DNA of 64,000 bases from the human T2T-CHM13v2.0 reference genome, Homo sapiens, in the NCBI RefSeq assembly GCF_009914755.1, contig NC_060947.1; one strand, 5' to 3'. How positions within the stretch are numbered: position 1 is the first letter of the stretch; each line of letters starts with the position of its first letter. This document shows positions 14,751 to 27,998 of this stretch, in pieces. The position numbers and the translations under genes were made by a program. The notes under the pieces are model-generated. The model was not told the origin of the DNA and did no database searches. It was given only the letters and a program-made list of their open reading frames with translations.

Positions 14751-14995
14751 TGAGTGATGGGAAGCATGCAAGTGCTTATTATATAATCTCAGAAATAGAA
14801 ACCATTCAAGAGTTTAGGACCTTCTTTTGCTAGGTGGTTTCCGAATGCCCAAAAATAAAACAGATGGTCTCTGCCAATGATAGAAAGTTTCCATATGGCA
14901 GGTGCTTGGCTCCAGTGGATGCCTTGAGAGGAGGCCCATTGCCCCACACATTGTGTCCTCCACAATGAAATAGAGAAAACCATGACTTATATGAC

Positions 14996-15449
14996 TATGA
15001 TGTTTAATTGTATGTGTCATCTTGGAAGGTGTTTCTGAATCAAGTTAACATTTAAATCAGTGAACTGTGCATAAAGCAGACTGATCCTTGTAATGTGGGT
15101 GGGCCTCTTCCAATCCGTTGAAGGCCTCAATAGAACAAAAAGACTGGCCTGCCCAAACAAGAATGAATTATCCAGCACACTGCTTTCAGATTTTATGTGC
15201 ACCATCAGCTTTCCTGGGTCTCTAGGCTGCCAGCCTTCCTACTGGAACTGGAATATCAGCTCTCCTAGGTCTCAATCCAGCTGGCCCACACTCTAAATTT
15301 TAGGCTTGCCATCCTCCATAATCATGTGAGTTAATTCTTTTCCTAATAGGATGTGTATGCATATAGAAAAAAATTTTTCTATATGCATACATATCCTAAG
15401 GAAAAGAATCTTATTGTCTCTGTTTCTCTGGAGAATCTTGACTAATACA
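14996..15449 (+). mobile_element. ERVL solo LTR, MLT2C/D-like
   Basis: taatgtgggtgggcctcttccaatccgttgaaggcctcaatagaacaaaaagact and end tctgtttctctggagaatcttgactaataca; 5-bp TSD atgac/aagac. Confidence 0.85.
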
Positions 15450-16069
15450 AAGACTTTCTGGCATGCAGCTCATATTTGTGTATAAGAGTATTATATGATA
15501 ATAAAGTATAGTAACTACAGTCTCTCATCATATGTGGTTCTTACTATGAAACCAGCTAAACAGAAATATTTCTCTGTTGATCTTAGTCCCCCAAGAGTGG
15601 AAGAGTATATCTTGGACCACAAGTCAGCCACATTGCCCCTCTGTCCCTCTTCCTGCCCAAACATTCATCTCCCCTTTATATATGGGCAAAGGACTACCCT
15701 TGCAGAGGGTTAATGTCAAAGATCTCATCTGTCCTTCTTGCAATTTTCCAAGAAATGTGGCTACCATATAACATATAGGTCCTCTTTTCAATAATGAAAA
15801 TGCTTCTTTATGAAAAAAGCCTGCATTTTCTCTTGCATTGTCCTGGATATGCAAAATAAATAGATGCAATAAGTCAATTCACTAAATTTAGGCATTTTGT
15901 GACATATTCATTTTGTGGGCATGTGAAAGAATGTGTATATTTCATGCAGAGAAGAACAAGACATGAAGAAGCAGTAGGAATGGCGATTGTGGATGTGGCT
16001 CTAGAGTCGCATAGCCATGAGGACCATTGCCTTCTTTAAAAGTTATCTCTGGCTTCTTCTTCCTATTTT

Positions 16070-16410
16070 TCTAACCATTTTGTCAAGGTAGAATTGACAT
16101 ATAAAAAGCTGTACATATTTAATGTCTACATCTCAATGAATTTGGGGACAAATATATACCCATGGAACTATCACCACCATCAAGACCATAAAAATATTCA
16201 TTATCTCCAAGTTTCCTCCCTGCTCCTTTATTATTATTGTGCTGTGGAGTTTTTCATTTGTTTGGGGAGGTTTTCTTCTGGTAAGATCACTAAGATCTAT
16301 CCTCTTAGCAAATTTTAAATATACAATATAGTACTGTCAGCTACAGGCACTATGCCGTATAGTAGATCTCCAGAATTTATTTATCTTGCATAACTGAAAC
16401 CTTTAACCAT
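16070..16410 (-). mobile_element. L1MA/MB 3' UTR fragment (L1MA10/L1MB1-like)
   Basis: aattgacatataaaaagctgtacatatttaatg...taagatctatcctcttagcaaattttaa...tagatctccagaatttatttatcttgcataactgaaac. Confidence 0.8.
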
Positions 16411-16464
16411 CCACTGGAGAATAAGGTCCTGCTCCTTCCCTCAGGTGCCTTCTCTGTGCTGTAC

Positions 16465-16648
16465 CATGTTTCTCAAAGTGTGAAATATAGGTAGATACCT
16501 CAGACCACAAAAGCTCCAAGGTTCCAGGGCTCAAACTCAGATCTACTGAATCTGAATCTTGAAGCATGGGCCCCAAGAATCTACATTTTTTAACATACCA
16601 CTCACATACATTTAATGCACCCTGCACCCTAAAGGTTGTTCATCACTA
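16465..16648. mobile_element. MER5A-like hAT-Charlie MITE
   Basis: tttctcaaagtgtg...cagatctactgaatctgaatc...gggccccaagaatctacattttttaaca. Confidence 0.7.
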
Positions 16649-16658
16649 CCCTAGCCCA

Positions 16659-17138
<480 letters not shown>

Positions 17139-18333
17139 CTTTGGGCCATATTTGCAAAGCAAGTCAAACTCAAATTAGTTAAATTATTAGATGATAAAAA
17201 ACCTTATTATGCCCCTCTCCTTGGGGCATTTGCATTTTAGCAAACATCTTTTGAGAAACTGAAATCTACAAGATTCAAAGGTATAATAAATTCCCCAACA
17301 GAGGAAATTCTGGTACTATGCCCAGCATTGGAAAGAGTAGAGGCCCTTACTAGCACACCTCAAATCAAACTGGGGTTGCAGCAGACCTTTTGCCTTCTTT
17401 AGAGGCTGGAAATAGACCCTCAAATCCAGAACCTATTCAAGGCAGTTCATTAATATGAAGCTATTTGTGCCTGCTACCCCTTCTTCCATCCTGCAAAATA
17501 CTAAGGAAGCAATGTGGAGACAGGCTTAATGAAATTATATTCTCAACTGGTAAGTCTGCCTGCAGCCAACTATGACTTTCTTAGAAAAGAAAAGTAGAAG
17601 CCATCTCTAGCAGTATAAATTAGCTGGATGAGAGGGTGACCTGTGTTCTGAACAGATGTCTCAGCTTACCAAGGCTGACATTAACTCAGACAACTGAAAC
17701 ATACCACCTCACAAGTTAAACTCTTAATTAAGAGGAATTTTGTCCTTGAAAGGTTAACAGAGGGAAGAGAAGAAGGCTGTGACATTTGTAAACTCTCATC
17801 GGGAAAAGGACCTCCAGACCTATTGGTGTGAGTGATGTAAACAGGACCGTTAGACAGTGCATTTATGTAAACATAAGATTTTCTTTGTACTGAAAAAAAT
17901 GCTATTACTGAGAGAGAACTGAATACAAAAGGAAAATTTGGGGATTGAAAATAACATTTGTGGTACTTCAAGGAAATGATTTAATTTGACTTTAAAAAGA
18001 GAATTGTATGGAAACTCACTGCTATTACTTAGGTTTTGTTTGAAATTAGATTTGGGTTTCTATTTGCACTGACAGCATACCATGGTGACCAGGGTGACAA
18101 AAAGGTGTCCTTTCCACTCTGGCCACCATCTTAGCACCCTAATATCTAAGATTTGCTAAAATGGCTCAAATCCAACCATCTCCATTTTAATATGATTATT
18201 GATGCATCTTAATCACTTCGCAGACCTTAACAAATTAAGTTACATTATTTTTGCTTTGTGTGTTACAAAACACATCCACTTTTCCATATTCAAAAATAAT
18301 ATGACTGCACAGTTAACAGAACTTTTGTTTTAA

Positions 18334-18709
<376 letters not shown>

Positions 18710-18764
18710 TGGCAAGATATTATTAATAGAAAACCACTCTACCACATATTTACAAACATTCAAA

Positions 18765-18895
18765 GAGTCAATGATCAAATAAATTTGGAAAAGAGAGCAT
18801 AATCTATCTCCATCTAGGAGAGTCACATTTCATATTAGCACATGAAATACTATGATAACTTTTGTAGCAAAGAAATCTATTTAACTTCACGTAAC
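18765..18895. mobile_element. hAT-Charlie MITE fragment (MER112-like)
   Basis: gatcaaataaatttggaaaa...ggagagtcaca...attagcac...tgtagcaaagaaatctatttaact matches recalled consensus; diverged. Confidence 0.5.
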
Positions 18896-21107
18896 ATAGG
18901 CCTTCTTGCTCTAAAGTCCCATTTACTAACTTCTCCAGGTTTGCCCCTCGGCATTTGGATGGTTTGGTATTCATGCCTTGGCACAACATATACAGCCATG
19001 GTAGAGCTGTGCTCCTAAGTCCTACTCCAGCCTTATGGAGCTCATCTGAGCTTTCCCCAGCTTCCACGCCAGGGAAGAAGGATCAGAGAACTGATCACTC
19101 ATTTACATAGAATCTCCCTATGCCCAACCTCACATAGCCACATGACAGCTGGATGCAGTTGTTTAAACAGCCTGTAGATAGAAAACAGATTGTTTCTCTG
19201 TGGGAAAGAAAACCCATAGGAGACAGTGTAAGAAAAGGTAAACTGTTTAATTTGTGTTATAAAAACTATATAAAATGCAGGTTTGAGATTTATGGACAGA
19301 TCAGGTGATGGATTTGGTAGTTTAAACACCCATTATCGTGCTTCCTATGATAGAACCAAACCAACATTATGGCTTTATGTTATAAAAAACTGAACAAACT
19401 AACCTTCCAGTTTCTAAACAGAGCTGAGAAGTATACTGTGGGAGACCAAATGGAAAACACTGCATGGTAAGCCAATTAGCCCTTCACCATTTATTAAAAA
19501 CAAACAGCCAGTTCTGGATTAATTTCAAAAGTAGATGAATAAAAAGCAGTATCATACTTACTCCTGTTGTTACTTTAGACTTTTTCAAACTCAACTCTTG
19601 AACAGTTGGCTCAATAGTCCTGATATTGATTCTATCCTTTGACTTGGTGTTTGTGTGTGCTTTTCTAAATGTTTTAACTCCAACTTATTCTCTACGGAAT
19701 TTTACTCGGCTCTCCATCCCTGCTTTTTTAAACTCATTTTAATGAGTTGGACAGGAAATGCCCTGCTTCATCTCAAAACACACAGTACCCAACCCTCACA
19801 TTTCCCATTAATCAGTGGCCATCTGGGCCAGCCCTCTCCCATAACAAACTTCAAAGGAGAAACAAAAGGAGGGTGGCCAAAAACATTATACCATACTACT
19901 ACCATTTTGGTAATAGCCCACCTAAAATGACAGGGTCAGATTTGGAGAGCAGAATCCCATGAACCACTTTGGGAATTAAATCAGCAAAAGCAATCAAGTG
20001 GCAATTAAGTGGTATCAAGCTCTAACCCAAGAGCTCCCAATCTCTGTACCATAGATGCCTGAGAGACTAATCAGTTCTTACAAAGATTTTGCCAATCCAT
20101 ATATATAGGAATCTGCTAGCTGAATAATAATATGTGCTACTATTGTTGAATATATGCAGGTGCTTTTATGGTTATTAATGAAATGTAAATTCATTAAAAT
20201 AACACTGAATTAATAGAAGATATATGACATCATAACAGAAAAACAGAAAAGGAAAGCTATTTTCTTGGTGGCAAGGGTAAATGGGGAGTTGTTCCAAGAA
20301 GTATTTTGATACATACAAGAAATCTTCATCCTTGAAAATGTTGGGAACAGCTACTCTAATCTATTGAGATAATGGCAAAAGTCAACTATTTAACAAATGC
20401 ATTATCTGATAGATTTGTAGACAATATATTATACAAAATGTGACAAAATGCACTTTAGTCTTAGTGTAATAAAAAAGATAAGAAGCAAAATACAATTTTG
20501 TTTTAAAGAAACTGTGGACATAAGGCCCCTAGGAAATGCATGGTAAAAATTGTTAAAAGCCTTCTGCAATTGCATAATCAAAAATCATTTCAAAGAACAA
20601 ATGTATTCAAATTACTATGACAACCCAAATGCTACGTTTGTAATTTAGGCAAGTAAAATCGATACATTTTCTAATTAATACCTTCCAAATACTATTTATC
20701 CGTATAAATGTCATTCATATGGAACTACTCAATTTCCATTCTTAGTTTTTGAGAACTCCACTATATTTTCTGATTATTCCAAAGACTTTCTCATTAATCT
20801 TGTCTCTTATGATTTATTATACATTTCTTTCTTGGCATGAGGCCAACCACAATTGCAATGGTTAACTTATATAGAAACTTATAAATATCTGATTCTAGAT
20901 TTCTATTTCAAACTCTGTCTTTCCTAGGTCTGGCTTCTTTTAATGAAAAACTAAAGAGAAATGGGGGAAAGCTTGAATCTACAAAGTGAATAAACAAGGA
21001 AATTTTAAAAAGATAGAAGTGAAAAACTGCAAAGGAATAGAGAAACTGTCAGAAGAATAAATCACAATATGTGGAATATGTGGAAGACCTTTGGACTCTA
21101 CGGTTTC

Positions 21108-21152
21108 ATACACACACAAACACACACACCACACACATACACAAAAGCACAC
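21108..21152. repeat. Imperfect (CA)n
   Basis: catacacacacaaacacacacaccacacacatacaca. Confidence 0.8.
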
Positions 21153-21979
21153 GTACTTCAGTATAAGGGAGGAGAGGCCAAAAAACAAAAGGAACTTGTA
21201 TATGAGTAAGGACTTTTAAGTATGCATATAAAGTATGCATATATTGTGGCCACCATTGTAATTCATATGATACGTGAAGGTTAAATAGTGGAGTGTAGCT
21301 TTCTGAAATGTATCTTACTTGAAAACAAGTTTCCTAATATATTTCATCAAAACACACTTTAGACTCACATGAAAATCTTAGCTCTATATGAAAGCAATCT
21401 ATAACAGGTACTCCACTAGAAGGCAATCCAGTTATTTTTCTTCTAGCTACGTGTTTTCCTTCCTGCTGAACCTTTATTGTTAAAGAGAATTCAGGCCAAA
21501 AAATAGTTTGTGAAAAAAAAAGGAAGCCAACTGGTTTTGTAAGCTATAAAGGTTAAAATGCTTCTATGAAACATTTCCCCTAGAAGCTTTGTAAGCAACA
21601 CTTTTCTCCAAAATTTTATGACAGCTGGTACAGCATGAAACCATATGCCTTTTTATATCTCCTAAATAAAAATGACTAATTTGACTTATTAGCACTGATT
21701 CTCTGGAGACAGAGCTAAGAGAGTTCCCGCAGATTTATCTGGTTCTTATTATATTTTAACAATGTCTGCTTTTACTGCAGAAACAATTATGCTAGCCATC
21801 TGTTTGCAAATATTTGTGAAGTAAATGATGAACTTTACCTTTATGCACTTTGGATAGCTTTAAAAAATAGAATATGTTGGGTGATTCACATCACAAAACT
21901 CTTCAGAGTTATATGATATTACCTATGAGAGAAAGAAGATGACATACCCAGAGTGGATTTCAAGTAATAAAATCACCAA

Positions 21980-22130
21980 ATGTTAGAGTTAGAAGGACCC
22001 TCAGAGACCTCTACTGTCTAACTCTTGTTTTAAAGCTAAAATTCTATGGTCCAAAGAGGTTAAACAACTTGACCATAGTCACAAGGCTATTTGCCAACAG
22101 AGATAAAACTAAAAGAGAAGTTTTCTGACA
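21980..22130 (-). mobile_element. MIR3-like SINE
   Basis: ttagagttagaaggaccctcagagac...ccaaagaggttaaacaacttgaccatagtcaca. Confidence 0.6.
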
Positions 22131-22383
22131 TATCCAGTATTATTTGCATTAACCCCATCCTCCCACTGAGAGCCCTTTCTCTCTAGAGAGACACAACTGT
22201 GGAACTACAGCAAATAATGCCCAGAAATTTAAATCAGGATTGAAAGTTCCTTAAGAAATTCAAGATTCTAACTTGCATAGCACTGGCATATTGAGAGAGG
22301 GCCTGATCAGAGGTGACTGCTCACCAGATATTCTAAGCAAGAAGTACACTACAGAATAGACCCTGTCTATCATGAGAATCTGG

Positions 22384-23280
22384 TGTCATTTCTCTTCAGC
22401 CAAAGACTACCAAGAACATACCTGTAGCTGAATAAATTGAGCCCATTATTTGTTGCAGTGAGAAAGAACATACATCAAGGGAACCATGGGCATCTCAGAA
22501 AGAAGGCATTAGAAAGAATCTATTAAAGAACTTGGGATTAGGCTGCATAATTTTGGGCAGGGTCTAAGGAAAAAGAAGTTCTCTCTAGATGGGATGCTAT
22601 CAGAAAGTGGGGTCGAGTCTATGATTGCGTATTGTATTAGTCCATTTTCACGCTGCTGATAAAGACCTACCCAAGACTTGGCAATTAACAAAAGAAAGAA
22701 GTTTAATGGACTTACAGTTCCACGTGGCTGGGGAGGCCTCACAATCATGGCGGAAGGCAAGGAGGAGCAAGTCACATCTTAAATGGATGGTATCAGGCAA
22801 AAAAGAGAGAAACTGTGCAGAGGAACTCCTCTTTATAAAACCATCGGATCTTGTGAGACTTATTCACTATCACGAGAACAGCACGAGAAAGACTTGCCCC
22901 CATGACTCAATTTTCTCCCACCGAGTCCCTCCCACAACACATGGGAATTCAAGATGAGATTTGGGTGGGGACACAGCCCAACTATATCAGGTATCTCAGT
23001 GAATTGTATCTATAGGGAGGGAAGATTCGATGAAGTTAAAGCTACAATTGGTAAACAAGTAACAATCACTTATTTTAGTTGAGATTGAAGGAGGCATTGG
23101 TGTTGAATGGTTTGTACAGTGACCTTGTTTTTGTCTCACTCCATCATAGTTTCAGAGTGATCTTGTCTGGTGTTGATGTTCTGTGATGTTCTCCTGTTAG
23201 CCTAGTTGTATGTAACAGTCCAGCCTGCAGTAATATAAATAAGACCTAGTTGTGAGCATCAGACCAGCTCCTGGATATCA
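22384..23280 (-). mobile_element. Old ERV1-class LTR (MER90-like) split by THE1
   Basis: gatgctatcagaaagtgggg...ctatgattg [THE1] gtatctc...aaagctacaattggtaaa...ccatcatagtttcagagtgatcttgtctggtgttgatgttctgtga; family name from recall. Confidence 0.5.
22633..22989 (-). mobile_element. THE1A/B solo LTR
   Basis: tgtattagtccattttcacgctgctgataaagac...gagatttgggtggggacacagcccaactatatca; 5-bp TSD cgtat/ggtat. Confidence 0.93.
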
Positions 23281-24071
23281 TGGGCTACGTTTTAAAGATT
23301 TTTCAATGTGTATTCAGTGGATGGGGCAGATGAACAGATCTGATTCCTCAGTGCCAATTTTGCCTAGCCCTCAAATGGAATGCCTAAGTCACTGTAAAGA
23401 AAGATTGGAAATCCTCTTTTACAAAATCAAACAACCAGATCAAAACAGCACAAATCAGCACTTACTATCTACTCATACCATAATAACTGTAAATTGGAAA
23501 GCAAAATGAATTTGACACCTGGAAGTTTGAATCCTGACACTGTTTCTTGATAACTATGAGACTTGATAGATATGTCACTCTGACACTCTCAAAGCCACAA
23601 GGATTGAATAAGATAATATAATTTGTCTCAAGAGACTCACAATCATGCCATCTCAAACTGTTGTCTCTTTCTCAGTTTTTAGTCCTAAGAAACATTTCCT
23701 TCTACAAGCCTTCCTATAACCAGGGAGCATTTACCTACAAGCACTTCATGGGCCTTGATTACTTAATGTCCTATCTTGACTTCTAACATCAAGTAGTTGG
23801 ATTAACCTTTTTAGACATAGTAACAGTTTATCTTTGCTTCAGGTTCACACTGACATAATTCCAACTGACACAATTAAAAGAATGATTGATTAATAGAAAA
23901 AGTTTATAGGTGGGGAGAATGGTATGAACAGATAAGACCAGAATTGGCAATTATGTATGGGAAAGTTGAAGGTAAGATATTCAAGCTTACTTAGCTTATT
24001 CTAAAAATACTGATCAAGAATAAAGTGAAATTTAATAGCATTGACAAATGAAACATGATATTTATCATTAA

Positions 24072-24401
<330 letters not shown>

Positions 24402-25125
24402 TATAAAGCTCTTTTTGATTAGATGTAAATTAGTTCTCTGACTGAATTAACAAAAGGAAGAAGGAGGAGAAGGAAAGGAGGTAGCAATAATCACAGAAGT
24501 GAATAACACACAGGCAAAGAGTACGTTTCAAGTTCTTAGAATTTTAAAACCTTTTTTACAGAAGGTTTTGAAGAAGCCTCCAGCCAGAAAGCAGAAGGGA
24601 ATTGGCATTTCTGGCAACAATTACTCAAAACATAGGAACAGTCACTAACCTCTTGGATTGCCTTTGATCATTTGGATACCTTGAGGCTCAGGGGAAATTT
24701 GAAAGTTTCACAAATATCTCTTGACATTTTTACTTAGTGGAGTCTTGTTTACCTTTCTAATAAGATTGCAAGGTTTCTAATATGTAGCACTGACGATTCT
24801 TCCCAAGTTGTTTAACTATTAGTATCCTTAAACCTCAGTTATCCATTCACACAGTTGAGTGAGATGGCGAGATACATAACACAAAATGTCAATCTCCTGC
24901 AGAAAATTCTGTTAGCATTGCAACTCCAAGTTCCTGAGGTGCACACATCAATAGAACATGAGAGGCATGGACCTGGAACAGTTTGAGAGAAATTCTGTTA
25001 AATGAGGGCACTGGAGTTGCTCTGCAAGGACCATTCTGGCTCTCACATTATTTGACTTAATAACTACTTCAATGGGATATAAAGCAGAAAAAGAAACAAA
25101 TGTCAAGAAAAATAAAATGTCAAGA

Positions 25126-25410
25126 GCCTCATTAGCTCAGTTGGCTAGAAACAAGTGCTAATGACCCTAGAGCATAAGGTCACGGATGTGATTGTTTCCT
25201 GGGCTAGTTGGCTGCCACATACCTTCCTTATACCTCTGCCTAGCACTCGCACAGATCCTTCCTAGTGGTCATGGGGGAACAGCATCGATGAATCAGTATA
25301 ATAAATCCCCACAATAAGAAATAGGGCAGAAATCTGCATTATCCAGATCATTATGGGGCATGTTTACTAAAGACCTGACTGTCCTTCAGATTAAAGAAAC
25401 AGAATACAAA
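25126..25410 (+). mobile_element. Ancient tRNA-derived SINE, MamSINE1-like
   Basis: Head gcctcattagctcagttggctaga...gtgctaatga...aaggtcacgg resembles tRNA-Ile(AAT) with intact A-box and decayed B-box; body blocks tgggctagttggct, ggtcatgggggaac, gatgaatcagt match recalled MamSINE1. Confidence 0.65.
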
Positions 25411-25883
25411 ATAACAGTACTCACTAACTCATCTCCAGGCCCATGGGATGTTGAATGCACATAACCAGGATACTCTCATAGCCACGGATATCTGGGCAAC
25501 TCTGCTCACACCAGTTGAATTGTATGTCTACCAAAGATCAGTGTGATTATTCACAAGTCTATTGATGCTAGTTATACCTTGTATATTACATAACATGGTA
25601 ATGGTGAAGGACAAGTGCAAAGGGAAAAACAGACTCATTTCCAGGAAAAAAAAAATTGCAACTGATTAAAGGACAGCTACTGAAAAAAAAAATAAAAAAG
25701 CTATCAAATTGTGGATGAAACAACTATAAATGATTGGTTAAGGGTGGGAATCACAAACATTCAGAAGGACTCCATACCCAAATTGTATAACAAGTCCTGT
25801 TAAATTGGTGGTCTACTTCAAAGAAACCAAAACTGGAAATCATAGAGGATGCATTATATTGTGGTTTCTGAAAGAAAAAATAC

Positions 25884-26278
25884 CAGTGGTATACCGGTTA
25901 CAAGAGCCAATTATTAAATTTTCAGGAATTGTGTGAGTCTGTTATTAAATATTGCCATTATTAATAATTAAATGATACAAACTTGTTATATTAAAAATAA
26001 AAGTACTAAATACAGAAGATTCATCACTTCCTAAATATTTTACTGCATTTTACAGTTATCTATGTTCTTGAGGTTATTTACCTTTATTCTGTCTGTATAA
26101 GTGGAAATACTGTATAATGGTGTGCTGCTACACACTTCAACTCTACATTAAGTGCTATGTTGGTAGCTTAAAAGTGGCCATGGTGAGAGTATTTACACCA
26201 CTGGAATCATGAAACACAATAAACAGGGCCATTTTTTTCCAGAAAGTTGGTTGTTAGACATTTATCAGCAGATCACTA
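25884..26278. mobile_element. MER63B-like hAT-Blackjack MITE
   Basis: cagtggt...gagccaattattaaattttcaggaatt...ggccatggtgagagtatttacacca...ggttgttagacatttatcagcagatcact. Confidence 0.8.
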
Positions 26279-26514
26279 AACAACAGTGAAATCAAGTAAA
26301 TGAGACCATACTCAAAGAAAAATTCTTAACCCTACAGCAGAAGGCTGGCAAATGCACACATGTATTTGGAAGTCTTGAGTTAAAATAAAAGTGCCTTAAG
26401 ATATGTATATATTTTTAATGTCCTCTACTTTAATATTTTCAATTAATCTACAACTATTGGTCCTGATTCAGATGAGGGCTTCCCCCAGAGATACTAAAAA
26501 AGTAGAACAAATTT

Positions 26515-26870
26515 GTACAACCTTTTGGAAAGTAGTTTGACAACATTTATTGAGAAATTTGAAAGTCCATACCTCTTCACCCAGAAACTTCACTTCTATT
26601 ACTTTATGTTAAGAAAATCATAATTGATGTAGTCCAATATGTATAAATATGTTCATTATATTGTTTAAAATAACAATACATACATACATACATAACCTAA
26701 ATGTTCAACGTAGGAAAATGATTAAGTCATAATACATCTATATAATAGAATACAATACAATGAGTAAAATCACGTTTCAAAGAATGTTTAATGACTAAGA
26801 AGAAATTCACCAAATATTAATGGTGGTTATCACTGCATGGTTGGACTTAAATTGATTCCATGTTTTACAC
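26515..26870 (+). mobile_element. Old L1ME fragment
   Basis: tgtacaaccttttggaaagtagtttgacaa...acccagaaacttcacttct...aacctaaatgttcaac decayed ORF2-end motifs. Confidence 0.55.
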
Positions 26871-26899
26871 AAGTAATGCATATGCATTATTGAAATGTC

Positions 26900-27140
26900 A
26901 TAAAAATAGAGATAAATAAAAATAAGAAAATAACAATCATCCATAATTCCACAACACAAATATAACTGTTTTAGCTTTTGTTGTTTATCCTTGCAGATTT
27001 CTTATCTTGTGTGCTCATACACACACACATACACACACACACACACACATTTTCAACCAAAATGGCATTATAAGGTGCATATTATTTTGTAACTATTTTT
27101 TTCATATAAGTTTTGAAATCCCCATGGAAAATTTTTACCT
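26900..27140 (-). mobile_element. Old L1ME fragment with internal (CA)n
   Basis: atccataattccacaacacaaatataactgtt...aatggcattata...tattattttgtaact typical of reverse L1ME 3' region. Confidence 0.45.
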
Positions 27141-27164
27141 TATTTTCATATATCCAATTTTAAA

Positions 27165-27562
27165 AATAATGACCATAAAATAGGTTCTCTCCAAAGACAG
27201 TCCCCAATAAACTATGCCTGTGGATGTTGGCAGCTACCCTAATGGAGAAACTATGTGAAGAGGTCATGTAGGTGGAAAGAGGCCTTAATATTATATGGAT
27301 AGAAGGAAGGCCCAGCCTTTTCAGCATCCTCGCTGGGCCCAACCTTTCAGCAGTGCCCACCATGGCACGTAAGTGAAGACATCTTGGATTCTCTAAACCA
27401 ATCAAACCCTTAGATGACTGCAATCCCAGCCAACACTACATGGAGGAGAAGACCCATTCATCTGAGGCCAAGTCATCCAAAAAGAGATGATAGATAATAA
27501 AATGTTGCTGTTTAAGATGCTAAGTTTTGGAGGTTTGTTTAGCAGCAATAAATAACCAAAAC
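27165..27562 (+). mobile_element. MaLR LTR, MLT1G/H-like
   Basis: gtaagtgaagacatcttgga...aataaaatgttgctgtttaagatgctaagttttggaggtttgtttagcagcaataaataaccaaaaca MLT1 3' end. Confidence 0.75.
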
Positions 27563-27854
27563 AGAACATGCATTTTTCATATAATATGGAAAAACAATAT
27601 TATTTTTAAAGATATTATAACACATGTCTGTACTTTTGCATATACAGACACATATACATACATACATATGGCTTATTTCCTGCCTGAATAAATAGTTGCT
27701 GTTGTCCAGTACATACTCTATTCTGTACGATGTGTACCTAATTTCACTATTCAGATTCATTCTGTGTATAGGAAAGAAAAATTGCTGACATTGTAAATTA
27801 TTTATTGAATGTAAATCTAAAAACCACAGACTGATGTAGTTTTGTGAGTTTTTT

Positions 27855-27998
27855 TTTTTCACACGAGGAAACCAAACCACTGAGAGTAAATGACTAGTCC
27901 AAGGTTATCAAAGTCACACTAGTAGTTAGTTGCTGAGTCAGCACTTGAAACCAGGTCTCTGGTTCCCAGGTCTATACCCCTTCCTCTATACTACATTG
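27855..27998 (-). mobile_element. MIR
   Basis: gaggaaacc...taaatgactagtccaagg...cttgaaaccaggtct core. Confidence 0.65.

Noticed and set aside
21218-21243. aagtatgcatata x2, and similar short duplications (e.g. tgcttttcttagt x2 near 1235-1265)
   Set aside because: Ordinary slippage micro-duplications expected in AT-rich DNA.
25126-25200. tRNA-Ile gene
   Set aside because: No intact T-loop/B-box or acceptor stem; continues into a SINE body.
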